Source: an uncultured bacterium
GTDB lineage: Bacteria; Lernaellota; Lernaellaia; Lernaellales; Lernaellaceae
Direction: 5' to 3'
DNA: 57,401 bases
NCBI GenBank assembly: GCA_964534375.1
Contig: CAZHPN010000010.1
Coordinates: 1 to 57,401 of the forward strand
This document shows, in pieces, positions 28,872-40,425 of the stretch. The translations under genes were made by a program, and so were the position numbers. Every line of letters starts with the position of its first letter. The stretch's first letter is position 1. The notes beneath the pieces were generated by a model, which was given only the letters and a program-made list of their open reading frames with translations, searched no databases and was not told the origin of the DNA.

Positions 28872-29001
28872 AGGCGGGCAGGATGAAGGATGAATTCGGC
28901 GATGATCTAACGACGCCGCGCGCGTCAGACTTGCCGGATGTGCCGCAGATGTCCGACAAGTCCGAAATTCGCCATTCGCCGTTCGCCATTCCCAATTCGC
29001 C
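28865..29001. repeat. cluster of short-period repeats at the recG/lipA junction
   Basis: AGGATGA 7-mers (28865-28894); imperfect hairpin tcagacttgccggatg/atgtccgacaagtccga; ATTCGCC-type 7-mers x5 (28967-29001). Confidence 0.75.
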
Positions 29002-29878
29002 GCGCCTCCCGCCCTGGCTGCGACGCGAAAAACGGGATTTGGCGAAAATCCACGAGACGAAAAAACGTCTGCGCGGGCTGGCGTTGCACACGGTCTGCGA
29101 AGAGGCGCGCTGCCCGAACCTCGCCGAATGCTTTGCCCGCACGACCGCGGCGTTTTTGTTGATGGGGCCGGTCTGCACGCGCGCGTGCGGCTTCTGCAAC
29201 ATGGCGCCGGGCGAACTGCGTCCGCTCGATCCGGACGAACCCGCACGCGTCGCCGAGGCCGCCGCGACGATGGGCCTGCGGCACATCGTGCTCACCAGCG
29301 TCACCCGCGACGATCTGCCGCGCGGCGGGGCCGGCCATTTCGCGGCGACGGCGCAGGCGATCGAGCGCCGGCTGCCGGAGGCGACGATCGAAGTGTTGAC
29401 GCCGGATTTTCAGGGCGACGAAGATGCGTTGGCCGCCGTCGCCGCCGCGCCGATCGACGTCTTCAACCACAACCTCGAAACCGTGGCGCGGCTGTATCCG
29501 ACCGCGCGGCCGCAGGCCGATTATCGCCGCAGCCTGCGGGTTCTCGGGCGCATGGCAAAAATGCGGCCCGGGATGGCGATCAAGAGCGGCTTCATGCTGG
29601 GCCTGGGCGAGACGCCCGACGAAGTTCGCACGCTGCTGGCCGACCTGCGCGCCGCCGGCGCGACGGCCGTGACGATCGGGCAGTATCTGCGTCCGCGGCT
29701 GACGAACCTGCCGGTGGCGCGCTACGCGCCGCCCGCCGAGTTCGCGGCCTGGGAAGCCGCGGCGCGGGCGCTGGGCTTTCGGCGCGTTGCGGCGGGGCCG
29801 TTGGTGCGGTCGAGCTACTTCGCGGAGAAGATGATGGATGATTGTTCGCCACAGAGTCACAGAGGACGCAGAGACTGA
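28949..29878 (+). CDS. lipA: lipoyl synthase
   Basis: CEEARCPNLAEC, CTRACGFC, TSVTRDDL, NHNLETV, GQYLRP, VRSSY; start uncertain (28868/28883/28949). Confidence 0.95.
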   Translation: MSDKSEIRHSPFAIPNSPRLPPWLRREKRDLAKIHETKKRLRGLALHTVCEEARCPNLAECFARTTAAFLLMGPVCTRACGFCNMAPGELRPLDPDEPARVAEAAATMGLRHIVLTSVTRDDLPRGGAGHFAATAQAIERRLPEATIEVLTPDFQGDEDALAAVAAAPIDVFNHNLETVARLYPTARPQADYRRSLRVLGRMAKMRPGMAIKSGFMLGLGETPDEVRTLLADLRAAGATAVTIGQYLRPRLTNLPVARYAPPAEFAAWEAAARALGFRRVAAGPLVRSSYFAEKMMDDCSPQSHRGRRD

Positions 29879-29912
29879 CGATTTTCTGTTTTTTTGCTGA
29901 GATTTTCCGGAC

Positions 29913-30072
29913 AACCACAGATCGCGCAGCTTTTCGCCGATGCGCGGGCCGCGAATGGCGTTCGACAGGGCGGAACACGTCATGGCCCGTGCCGTGCCGG
30001 CGGCAATCGGCGTTCATCTGCGGCAAACAAACGTTTGGTTGCGGTCCGAAGGGCTGCACAAATTCTGTGGTT
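29913..30072. repeat. inverted-repeat element with AACCACAGA/TCTGTGGTT ends
   Basis: 9-bp perfect terminal inverted match; internal atcggcgttcatctgcgg; adjacent cacagagtcacagaggacgcagag (29850-29873). Confidence 0.6.
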
Positions 30073-30077
30073 CGAAT

Positions 30078-31286
30078 TCAAGAAAACAGTCGCCCGGCCC
30101 AGACGCGGAAGCTGTTCTTGAGCATGCCGGGCGTCATGCCGAGCAACATCCGGTTCAGGCTGGCGAACGGCGGTTGCGCGTCGCGAACCGGTTCGAGCGT
30201 CAGCGCGTCGGAGTTGCACGACAACGTGCACAGGCCGCAGCCGATGCACCGCGGCTGCTGGAAGGTCAAGGTCTTGCCGGCGAGCGTCCAGGCGCCCATC
30301 GGACAGGCCCGCGCGCACTTGCCGCAGAGCGTGCACTTGGCCGCGTCGCGCGCCGGCAGGAAATGCGGCCGGCTGAGCAGGCCGGGAATGCTGAAGGTCG
30401 TGACGCTGCGCAGGGCGTGGCAGCAGCAGCCGCAGCACGAGCAACTGCTATTGCCGCGGTGGTCGTCGCTCTCGTTCATCATCCACGTGACGCAGCCTTC
30501 GAGTTCGGCGCGGCGCTTGATCTCGACGATTTCGGCGCGGTCGGCCCGGCGCATCATGCCGCGCTCGATGAACGGCTTGGCCAGCGGACCGAACGCCGTG
30601 CAATTTTCTGTCGGTTTGCCGCAGCCCTTGCCGACCAGTTGCATCGACAGGCGGCACTGGCAGTGGCCGACGGCGAAGAGGTCGTAGGGTTCGAGGATTT
30701 CTTCGAGCATGTCCGACGGCCAGGCCATGCGCAGCGTTTTCGCCGCGCCGCCGACCGGCAAATAGCGCACCAGCGGGTTCTTGATGTCGCCCGGGTATTG
30801 CGCCATGTACCCGGTCAGCCACAGCTTTTCGAAAAGCTCGGCGAAGCGCTGGTGCCACGTGTTGCGGGTGGCCAGATCGGGGGTCATCAGCGCCGCCTCG
30901 AACGTGCCCGGCACAATGGGCATGAGCGTGTACTTCGGCGGCTCGCCGCTCGCGAGGATGACGATCTTGTTGAAGGCGAGGTTGTGCAGCACGCGCTCGA
31001 CCTCGGCCTCGGGCCGCCCGGCCAGCCGCGCGACCTTCGCCGCCGTGCGCGGCCACAGGGGCGGCAGATGCGCGACGAGCAGCGCCTCTTCGTCGGTGAA
31101 CATGTGCGTCACGAGGTCGAGCAGCGCATCGGACCGCGGCGGCCCGAACAGCAGCGGCGACGTGTAGTTCTTCATAATGCGGTGATGCGCCGCCGTCGCG
31201 TGCGACGCCGACGCGAAGCCGGTCATCGCGCCCTGGAGATCGAAGTTGAGTTTGAGAGTGCTGGTTGTTTTTCGCGCGGCGCTCAT
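30078..31286 (-). CDS. 4Fe-4S ferredoxin-domain protein with N-terminal HTH-like region
   Basis: HCQCR..CGKPTENC, CSCCGCCC, two CxxCxxCxxxC motifs; SD AAGGA. Confidence 0.88.
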   Translation of the reverse strand: MSAARKTTSTLKLNFDLQGAMTGFASASHATAAHHRIMKNYTSPLLFGPPRSDALLDLVTHMFTDEEALLVAHLPPLWPRTAAKVARLAGRPEAEVERVLHNLAFNKIVILASGEPPKYTLMPIVPGTFEAALMTPDLATRNTWHQRFAELFEKLWLTGYMAQYPGDIKNPLVRYLPVGGAAKTLRMAWPSDMLEEILEPYDLFAVGHCQCRLSMQLVGKGCGKPTENCTAFGPLAKPFIERGMMRRADRAEIVEIKRRAELEGCVTWMMNESDDHRGNSSCSCCGCCCHALRSVTTFSIPGLLSRPHFLPARDAAKCTLCGKCARACPMGAWTLAGKTLTFQQPRCIGCGLCTLSCNSDALTLEPVRDAQPPFASLNRMLLGMTPGMLKNSFRVWAGRLFS

Positions 31287-31347
31287 CGTGCATCCTTTGT
31301 GGTTCGTCACGGTTGCAGCCGGCATTATAGCAAGGATGGGAATTTTA

Positions 31348-31468
31348 AACACAGAGAATTCAGAGGAAGGCACAGAGAGCACGGAGATTGCAGGGATATT
31401 TTCGCAGAATAACTCTTGGTCTTCTCATCCTCGGCGCCCTCTGTGCCGCCCTCCGTGCCCTCTGTGTT
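31348..31468. repeat. inverted pair of CACAGAG-type repeats
   Basis: aacacagagaattcagaggaaggcacagagagcacggag ... ctcggcgccctctgtgccgccctccgtgccctctgtgtt. Confidence 0.8.
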
Positions 31469-31549
31469 CAAGTCATTGTCACCCCCGCCTTGCCTTCCCC
31501 GCCAAAGATAACTAAATAATAAACCAAGGACGGCAGCAAAGGAGGCAGA

Positions 31550-31762
31550 GTGGGCTTCTTCAATCTGGACGACGTGGTCAAGGCGCACAAAGTGGGCCTC
31601 TTGAGCGCCCTGCTGGCCGATTGCACCGCGAACGATTTGGCGTTGCTGAAGCACGAACTCTCGAACTATGCCGAAAAGCAAGACAAACTCGGCGATTACA
31701 AACGGCTGATCGAAGAATTGGAGTTCCTGCTCGACGAACGCCTCGCGGCCGAACAAAAATAG
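31550..31762 (+). CDS. small hypothetical protein (70 aa)
   Basis: SD AAGGAGG before GTG; helical composition. Confidence 0.7.
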   Translation: MGFFNLDDVVKAHKVGLLSALLADCTANDLALLKHELSNYAEKQDKLGDYKRLIEELEFLLDERLAAEQK

Positions 31763-31771
31763 GCGGCCGCC

Positions 31772-32704
31772 ATCGCTCCGGACCCCCACGCCAAACCCCT
31801 GCTGCGGCCGTCGCGTCTGCGGCCGGGCGACCGCGTCGGCGTAATCGCGCCGGCGGGCCCGTTCGACGCGGGCGCGCTCCAAGCCGGCGCCGCAATCTGG
31901 CGGCGGCGCGGCTTCGAGGTCGCGATCCGGCCGGACCTCGACCGGCGCGAAGAATATCTCGCCGGCCCCGATTGGCTGCGGGCGCAAATCATCAACGAGT
32001 TCCTGGCCGACGGGTCGATCCGCGCGCTCGTCGCGGCGCGGGGCGGCTACGGCTCGTTGCGCATCCTCGACGCGCTCGACTACGATCGGCTCGCGGCGGA
32101 CCCCAAAATCCTGATCGGCTTTTCCGACCTCACCGTCTTGCAAACCGAAATCTGGCGCCGGCTCGGCCTCGTCACGTTCAGCGGCCCGATGATCGCGGGC
32201 GCGCAGTTTTCCAAGCTGGCCGACGCCGACCTCGACCTTTATTTCGCGACGTTGACCCGCGACGAACCGCCGCCGCCGCTCGGGGGCGACGAAGCGCGGG
32301 TCGTGCTCGCCGGCGAAGCCGAGGGGCCGCTGCTCGGCGGCAACCTCTCGCTGCTGTGCCATCTGGCCGCGGCCGGGCGGCTGCCGTCGCTGGCGGGCGC
32401 GGTGCTGCTGCTCGAAGACGTGCACGAGCCGCCGTACCGGATCGACCGCATGCTGACGGCGTTGCGCCTGGGCGGGCATCTGGACGGCGTGGCCGGCGTG
32501 GCGGCCGGCGAATTCGGGCCGGCGATCGAGCCGATGCTGCTCGACTCGCTGTTCGTCGACCGGCTCGGCGATTTGATCGCGCCGATCGTCGCCGGCCTGC
32601 CGCTCGGCCACGGCGAACGCAACCGGCTCATCCCGCTGGGCGTCCGGGTGCGGCTGACGACCGCGCCGGCGCAAGTGGCGTTTTTCGCGTCAGGGGTTCG
32701 TTGA
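31772..32704 (+). CDS. ldcA: LD-carboxypeptidase (peptidase S66); no canonical start codon
   Basis: In frame upstream of the ORF-track start: LLRPSRLRPGDRVGVIAPAGP...ARGGYGS; IGFSDLT, GGNLSLL, LLEDVHEPPYRIDRML, GHGERN. Confidence 0.85.
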   Translation: MAPDPHAKPLLRPSRLRPGDRVGVIAPAGPFDAGALQAGAAIWRRRGFEVAIRPDLDRREEYLAGPDWLRAQIINEFLADGSIRALVAARGGYGSLRILDALDYDRLAADPKILIGFSDLTVLQTEIWRRLGLVTFSGPMIAGAQFSKLADADLDLYFATLTRDEPPPPLGGDEARVVLAGEAEGPLLGGNLSLLCHLAAAGRLPSLAGAVLLLEDVHEPPYRIDRMLTALRLGGHLDGVAGVAAGEFGPAIEPMLLDSLFVDRLGDLIAPIVAGLPLGHGERNRLIPLGVRVRLTTAPAQVAFFASGVR

Positions 32705-32712
32705 ATGCGGAA

Positions 32713-32794
32713 AACCGCGAATACACGCTACGAAACGCGAATGATGGCCAATCGCTCGCGACGTATGTCCTCTATATGTCCTATACGTCCTATG
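32713..32794. repeat. degenerate CCGCGAAT-family copy plus ATGTCCTAT-type 9-mers
   Basis: aaccgcgaatacacgctacgaaacgcgaatg; atgtcctctatatgtcctatacgtcctat. Confidence 0.55.
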
Positions 32795-32804
32795 CAATGA
32801 GAAC

Positions 32805-33881
32805 ATGCTGACGAACGCTTCCACTTTGCTCGACGCGGCGACGATGGCGCGGCGCATTTCCGGCGCCGTGCTGCGCGTCGAGGCCGGCGGCGAGGTCGTC
32901 CACGAGTCGGCGCATGGCGTGACGCGCTGCGATGCGCCGGCGCCGGTCGCGGCGGCGACGTGGTTCGATCTGGCCAGCTTGACGAAAATCCTCGCCACGA
33001 CGCCCGCCGCGATGCTGCTTTATCAGCGCGGCGCGCTCGCCCTCGAGGCGCCGCTGGGCCGTTTCTTGCCGGGCGCGAAAGCGTCGTTCGCCGCGCAGCC
33101 GATCGAGAATTTTCTGGCGCACGTCAGCGGCGCGGCGGCGTGGAAGCCGCTGTTCCGCGCGGTTCCGCCGGACGCGCTCCATTCGCCCGCCGGCAAGACG
33201 GCCATCGTCCGCGCGTTGCTGGCCGAGGCGCCCCTTTATCCGCCGGGCGAGCGGCAGGTTTACAGCGACATCGGCTTCGCGCTGCTCGGCCTCGCGCTCG
33301 AAGAAAGCGCGGGGCAGCCGCTGCACGAATTCGTCGCGCGCGAGATTTTCGCGCCGCTCGGCATTGACGAATTGGCCTATCTGCAACTGGCGCCGCGCGC
33401 CGGGCTGTCGCTCGCCGCGACGGAAGATTGCCCGTGGCGGGGCAGGGTGCTCGCCGGCGAGACGCACGACGAAAACACCTGGGCGGCGGGCGGCTGCCTC
33501 GGCCAGTCAGGCGTTTTTGGTGCGGCCCGCGGCGTCGCGCAACTCGCCGATGAATTCCTCGCCGCCGCGCGCGGCGCGGGCCGGCTGTTTTCGCCGGCGA
33601 CGCTGGCGCGCTTCCTGAGGGCGCCGGCGCACGTCTCCGGCTCGTTCCGCCTCGGCTTCGACACGCCGAACTTGCAGGGCTCGGCCGCCGGGTCGCACTT
33701 CGGCCCGCATTCGTTCGGGCATTTGGGCTTCACCGGTTGCAGCGTTTGGTGCGATCCGGACCGCCGCCTGTCCGTCGTCTTGCTGACCAACCGCGTGCAT
33801 CCGACGCGCGACAACGACGCACTCAAGGAACTGCGGCCGGCGGTGCATGATGCGGTTCTTGAGGAATGCGGATTGGCGTAG
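32805..33881 (+). CDS. serine hydrolase, beta-lactamase class C/AmpC-like family
   Basis: FDLASLTK (SxxK), YSDIGF, HDEN, FGHLGFTG, LLTNRVHP. Confidence 0.9.
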   Translation: MLTNASTLLDAATMARRISGAVLRVEAGGEVVHESAHGVTRCDAPAPVAAATWFDLASLTKILATTPAAMLLYQRGALALEAPLGRFLPGAKASFAAQPIENFLAHVSGAAAWKPLFRAVPPDALHSPAGKTAIVRALLAEAPLYPPGERQVYSDIGFALLGLALEESAGQPLHEFVAREIFAPLGIDELAYLQLAPRAGLSLAATEDCPWRGRVLAGETHDENTWAAGGCLGQSGVFGAARGVAQLADEFLAAARGAGRLFSPATLARFLRAPAHVSGSFRLGFDTPNLQGSAAGSHFGPHSFGHLGFTGCSVWCDPDRRLSVVLLTNRVHPTRDNDALKELRPAVHDAVLEECGLA

Positions 33882-33903
33882 GCCGCCGAAAGAATGGACG
33901 CGC

Positions 33904-35838
<1,935 letters not shown>

Positions 35839-35852
35839 CGCCTGCACCCCGC

Positions 35853-38582
35853 TCACGGCGCGGTCCGGGCGACGCGGAACCCGAGAGCATTATTGCCGCG
35901 GTCGGGCAGGGCGTCGAAGCGCTTCGCGGAACGGCAGTCCTCGGCGCCCCAGAACCAACTGCCGCCGCGAATAATCCGGCGGGCGCCTTCTTTCGGACCG
36001 GTCGGGTCGGCGACCGGATTCGACGGATAATAGCCCCTCCGATCCCATACCCATTGCCAGACGTTGCCGTGCATGTCGTACAAACCCCACGCGTTCGGCG
36101 CGAAGCTGCCGACGTGAACTGTCCGGCGCCGGTTCACCCCTTCTGGGCAGTAATCGCCGGGGCTGCTGCCTCTGTAGTTCGCGTCGTCGGCCGAGAGACA
36201 CTGACCGGTGTTGAACGGCGTTGTCGTTCCCGCTCGCGCCGCGTATTCCCATTCCGCTTCGGTTGGCAAGCGATAGCCCGTACACGCGCGGTTCCACTGA
36301 ACCGCATTGCTTGTCCCGGAATAGCATCGGGGCAAGCCCTCCGCGTCCGACAACCGGTTGCAGAATTCGACCGCGTCGAACCACGACACATTCTCCACGG
36401 GGCAATCGTCGCCGCAATGTTTGAAGTAGCTCGGATTATTGCCCATTACTTTTTGCCATTGCGCCTGCGTCACGTCCGTTGCGCCCAGCAGAAAGTCTTT
36501 CGTAATCGTTACCCGATGCAGCGTCTCACGGTTTTCGTTCCTGTCGCACTCGCTTTCCGGCGAACCCATCGCGAACCCTCCGGACGGAACGACGATCATC
36601 TGGTAGCCGATGTCAGACGTGGTCGGAGGAGGCGATGCTGGCCGGGCCGTCGTCGACGGCTGGCCGCCGGCGCCGTCGCGTTTCCGCAGCGACGCCGCTG
36701 GGGTTAGCGGAGACTTGGCGGACAACGACCCCGCAAGGCGGAATCCCAATATGCCGAGGCCATTTCGCGAAAAAAATCCTACCCGGCTCGCCGAACGGCA
36801 ATCTTTCGCACAGTATCTCCACGCGCAGCCGCGACCGACTCGGCGCGAGCCGCTGCTGGGCCCGGCAGGATCGGTCACGTCCCCGGAGGGGTAGTCGTCG
36901 TATCTGTCCCAGACCCACTCCAATACGTCGCCTTGCGCGTCGTAAACGCCCCAGCCGTTCGGCTGCTTCTGCCCGACAGGATGCACTTTGCCGTTGGAAT
37001 TCTTGCGATACCAACCGATTTCGTCCAGATGGCTGTCAGCTTCACAATCGTAGTATTCCGCCGCCGTTATCGGTCCGTTGGCAAACGCTGTCGCCGTCCC
37101 CGCTCGCGCGGCGTACTCCCACTCCGCCTCGGTGGGCAGTCGATAGCCCGTGCAGTCGCGATTCCAGGTCATCGTGTCTTCGACAAGAGCGTCCCCAAAA
37201 CGACCACCAATATCCTCGACGCAACCTCCATTTTTCCAAAAGCCCACAGTAGTGCCGCCGGCTTGGCGACACTGTTTCAAACCATCGCTGTAGCAATTCC
37301 ATAGCTTTTGCGCGCGCCCAACCCAGCCGGCGTCTTTGTAACAGCGGCTCAGCCCCTCGCGGTCCGACAACTTGTTGCAGAAAGCGATCGCGTCAGCCCA
37401 ATTCACATTCTCCACCGGACATTCGTCCCCGCAATCTTTGGCTTCGCTCGGGTTGTTCCCCATCAAGGCTCTCCACTGGCCCTGCGTAACTTTGGTCGCG
37501 CCGATCAGAAACGGTTTGCTAATCGTCACCCAGTGCTGCGTCTCGTCGATCGTCTGATCGGGAAATCGCCCCGGTTCGTCGCCGGGAGAACCCATCTGAA
37601 AGCGTCCGGGCGGAATCGCCACGAATTTGTAGCCGATGGTGGGGCTGTCGGCCGTCATTTGTCGGGCCGAGCGTGGCCAGAATTCCACTGCCACCGCAAT
37701 TACGCAGGCCGAGGCTGCTACGGCCAGCGCCAACCGGCGTCGGCGTTTCCCCGCCGGCCGGCGAACATCCGGCATGGATGGCGGCGCCCAGTCTGGCGCC
37801 GTGGGGAGCGGCGTCGCGGGGAGCGGCGCAGGGAAGACCTGCCGGTATGCCGCCCACGTGACGCACAGGCTGAACGGCAGAGCGAATGTCATCCAGATCA
37901 GGTGGCCGCCGTACGAAACGAGCGGGATCATCATTTGAGTTATTCCGACCGGCAACAGGAAAAAAACTGCCGCGACGGCGTACCGGAGCCAATTGATGAT
38001 GATCGTCATCGCCAGCGCCAGCAGGATGAACGAACGAACATTGGCCTTGACAGTCCGCCAGGTTTTTCTCAGCGCCTCGCCGGGCTTTTCGCCTTCGGCG
38101 ACCAGCGAGAACAAAAACAAGAATGCGCCGGCCAAACCCGCGGCGACGCCAAGGTCGTCCACCCAGATGCCCGGCGCCAAAAGGCTGACCAACAGCGCCG
38201 CGCTGGACATGATCAGCATGGCGATCGGCCTCTCGCGCCACATCGAATAGCCCCGGAAGACTGTTCTTAGCTTCGCCGGCCGGGCGTCGAAACAATCGCG
38301 GGCGAGCAACGCCGTGCCCGCCGCCAAAGGCGTGAGGATGAAAAGCGCCGCCAGTAATGCCACAACCAAACTGGCGACCACCGAAATCGAAGCCAGGCGG
38401 TCCATGGCTTTATCGGCGCCTTTTCCGGAGGACACGAGGATCAGCGCGAGCGCTGCTGGCGCGGCGGCCAGGGAGAACCAAATGGCCAGGACAATCGCCT
38501 GTCCACGAACTAAGACTCCTAGTTTGCCGGCGTACACCCGCCAGCCAGCCGCAAACGCCTCGCGGAGATTGATTTTGCCCAT
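35853..38582 (-). CDS. membrane-domain protein fused to two FGE-sulfatase domains
   Basis: MGKINLREAFAAGWRVY TM domain; two copies of RLPTEAEWEYAARAGT...GFR. Confidence 0.9.
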   Translation of the reverse strand: MGKINLREAFAAGWRVYAGKLGVLVRGQAIVLAIWFSLAAAPAALALILVSSGKGADKAMDRLASISVVASLVVALLAALFILTPLAAGTALLARDCFDARPAKLRTVFRGYSMWRERPIAMLIMSSAALLVSLLAPGIWVDDLGVAAGLAGAFLFLFSLVAEGEKPGEALRKTWRTVKANVRSFILLALAMTIIINWLRYAVAAVFFLLPVGITQMMIPLVSYGGHLIWMTFALPFSLCVTWAAYRQVFPAPLPATPLPTAPDWAPPSMPDVRRPAGKRRRRLALAVAASACVIAVAVEFWPRSARQMTADSPTIGYKFVAIPPGRFQMGSPGDEPGRFPDQTIDETQHWVTISKPFLIGATKVTQGQWRALMGNNPSEAKDCGDECPVENVNWADAIAFCNKLSDREGLSRCYKDAGWVGRAQKLWNCYSDGLKQCRQAGGTTVGFWKNGGCVEDIGGRFGDALVEDTMTWNRDCTGYRLPTEAEWEYAARAGTATAFANGPITAAEYYDCEADSHLDEIGWYRKNSNGKVHPVGQKQPNGWGVYDAQGDVLEWVWDRYDDYPSGDVTDPAGPSSGSRRVGRGCAWRYCAKDCRSASRVGFFSRNGLGILGFRLAGSLSAKSPLTPAASLRKRDGAGGQPSTTARPASPPPTTSDIGYQMIVVPSGGFAMGSPESECDRNENRETLHRVTITKDFLLGATDVTQAQWQKVMGNNPSYFKHCGDDCPVENVSWFDAVEFCNRLSDAEGLPRCYSGTSNAVQWNRACTGYRLPTEAEWEYAARAGTTTPFNTGQCLSADDANYRGSSPGDYCPEGVNRRRTVHVGSFAPNAWGLYDMHGNVWQWVWDRRGYYPSNPVADPTGPKEGARRIIRGGSWFWGAEDCRSAKRFDALPDRGNNALGFRVARTAP

Positions 38583-38642
38583 CGACTATCCTGATCGAAG
38601 ACCCTGTAAAATTATCCTATCTTACGGCCGGCGCCAATACGT

Positions 38643-39392
38643 CTATGCGGAGGGCGGCGGCGCCTCGGTCGTCGCCGCCAACGGGAAAACCTGCCGATAT
38701 GCCGCCCACATGACGCACACGGTGAACGGCAGGGCGAACAACTCCCAGAACCAAATGCTGACTTCGGCCGGGCCGGACATGAGTTTAGCCGGGCCGGCCG
38801 GCAGTGCGGCCCGCATGGCCACGACGGCGAGGATCGCCGCAAAGGCAATGAGCCACAGCGCCAACTGCAGCGCCATGAGCTCGATGAAATTGGCCTTCAG
38901 CGCCCGCCAACCTTGCCGGAGCGAATCGCGCGGCGTCGCGCCTTCGACGATCAGCGGAATCAGGAACAGAGTGATCGCGAAGCTCGCCAGCGCGCCAACG
39001 CCGCACGCCAGCGCGCCAAGCAGAACCAGGCCGGCGGCGATCAGGTTGACGATCAGCGTGTAGTCCCACAGTGCGTAGCCGCGGAAAACGGTCGCCGCCT
39101 TCGCGGGGCGCTCTTCGAAACAATCGCGCACGAGGAACACGAGTCCGGTCCAGAGCGGCGTCCAGAAAAAGAACGTGAGCACCGCAACGAAGACCAACAC
39201 TCCGAACCCGAGCCAGGATATCTCGGAGTGGTCGGTCAGCCGATTGGTCATCCATAAGGCGGCGGCAAAAGCGATTTCGGCTACGCCCAGCAGCGCAAAC
39301 ACAATGATGTGCCCGCGGACGAGCACGCCGATATTTCCCTTGTAGACGCGCCAGGCGGCCGCAAAAGCCTCGCGGAGATTGACTTGGCCCAA
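38643..39392 (-). CDS. membrane protein, paralogue of array N-terminal domain
   Basis: TTG start with SD GAGGAAGG; MGQVNLREAFAAAWRVY ... LVRDCFE ... WAAYRQVFP. Confidence 0.85.
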   Translation of the reverse strand: MGQVNLREAFAAAWRVYKGNIGVLVRGHIIVFALLGVAEIAFAAALWMTNRLTDHSEISWLGFGVLVFVAVLTFFFWTPLWTGLVFLVRDCFEERPAKAATVFRGYALWDYTLIVNLIAAGLVLLGALACGVGALASFAITLFLIPLIVEGATPRDSLRQGWRALKANFIELMALQLALWLIAFAAILAVVAMRAALPAGPAKLMSGPAEVSIWFWELFALPFTVCVMWAAYRQVFPLAATTEAPPPSA

Positions 39393-39416
39393 TTTTGCCT
39401 TCCTCTCTGGAATCTT

Positions 39417-40157
39417 TCAGACAGTCGGCGGCGATTCGACCGCCGTCGCCGCCAGCGGGAACACCTGCCGGTACGCCGCCCACGTGACGCACCAGACGAA
39501 CGGCCTGGCGAACAGCACCCAGACCAAACTCAAGAAGCTGAACGTCGTATTGACCGTGTATCCGGTCTTCAGGACGAACCGAAAAGACGTGCTCGCGCCG
39601 CTAAACCCGTCGAGGATGATCAGCGTCGCCAGCCACAGCAAGACCAGCGAACCGAAGTTGGTCTTGGTTGCCTGCCAGCATTTTCGCAGCGCCCCGCCGG
39701 GCGTCGCGCCGTCAACGATCAGCGGAAACAGGAATCGAATCACCGCGCCGGTCGCGATTGCGCCGACGCCGAACGCCGCTGCGCCCAGCAACAAGGCGCC
39801 GGCCGTGATCAATGCGCTAAGCAGCGTTATGCCCCAGATGGAATAACCCCGGAATACCGTCTTGGCCTTTGCCTCGCCGCCTTCGAAGCAATCGCGGACG
39901 AGAAACACGAAGCCCGCCATCAGCGGCGACAGGAAAACGAAGAGAAACACGAGAGTCACGAGCAACGGAAACAAGTGCCCCAGCGAACTGACCAGCCCTT
40001 GTCTTTTGAAGTAGATGTAGGCCGCAAGTATGATCGGGACGCACGAACTGACAAAAATGCCAAGCATGATTGCCGTCCCGCCGATCAACACTCCGAACCG
40101 CTCCCGATACACGCGCCAACCGCTCGCAAACGCTTCGCGCAAATTGATCTTGCCCAT
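39417..40157 (-). CDS. membrane protein, paralogue of array N-terminal domain
   Basis: MGKINLREAFASGWRVY ... LVRDCFE ... WAAYRQVFP. Confidence 0.85.
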   Translation of the reverse strand: MGKINLREAFASGWRVYRERFGVLIGGTAIMLGIFVSSCVPIILAAYIYFKRQGLVSSLGHLFPLLVTLVFLFVFLSPLMAGFVFLVRDCFEGGEAKAKTVFRGYSIWGITLLSALITAGALLLGAAAFGVGAIATGAVIRFLFPLIVDGATPGGALRKCWQATKTNFGSLVLLWLATLIILDGFSGASTSFRFVLKTGYTVNTTFSFLSLVWVLFARPFVWCVTWAAYRQVFPLAATAVESPPTV

Positions 40158-40212
40158 GGATTCACCGCCGTTCTATTGATGTCAGGCACGATACCACTGA
40201 TGAAGTGAATGT

Positions 40213-40286
40213 AAACCGCGAAGGAACTCGAAGATGGGGAGGCGAAAAGGCCAACCGCGAATGCACGCGAATGCACGCGAATACGG
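40213..40286. repeat. CACGCGAATG-family repeat (forward arm)
   Basis: aaccgcgaatgcacgcgaatgcacgcgaatacgg at 40253-40286, nearly identical to 24747-24780. Confidence 0.85.
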
Positions 40287-40425
40287 AACCAGCGGCAGCG
40301 GCCAGGACGGCCCTCGCGATTCCACGCCCCCCGCGTGAGGGCCGCCGCGTCCATCCACGAACGACGTTTTTTGCAAATGCCTCAAAAGTTTGATACACAA
40401 TACTTTTCTCGCAGGCGAGGCGATT

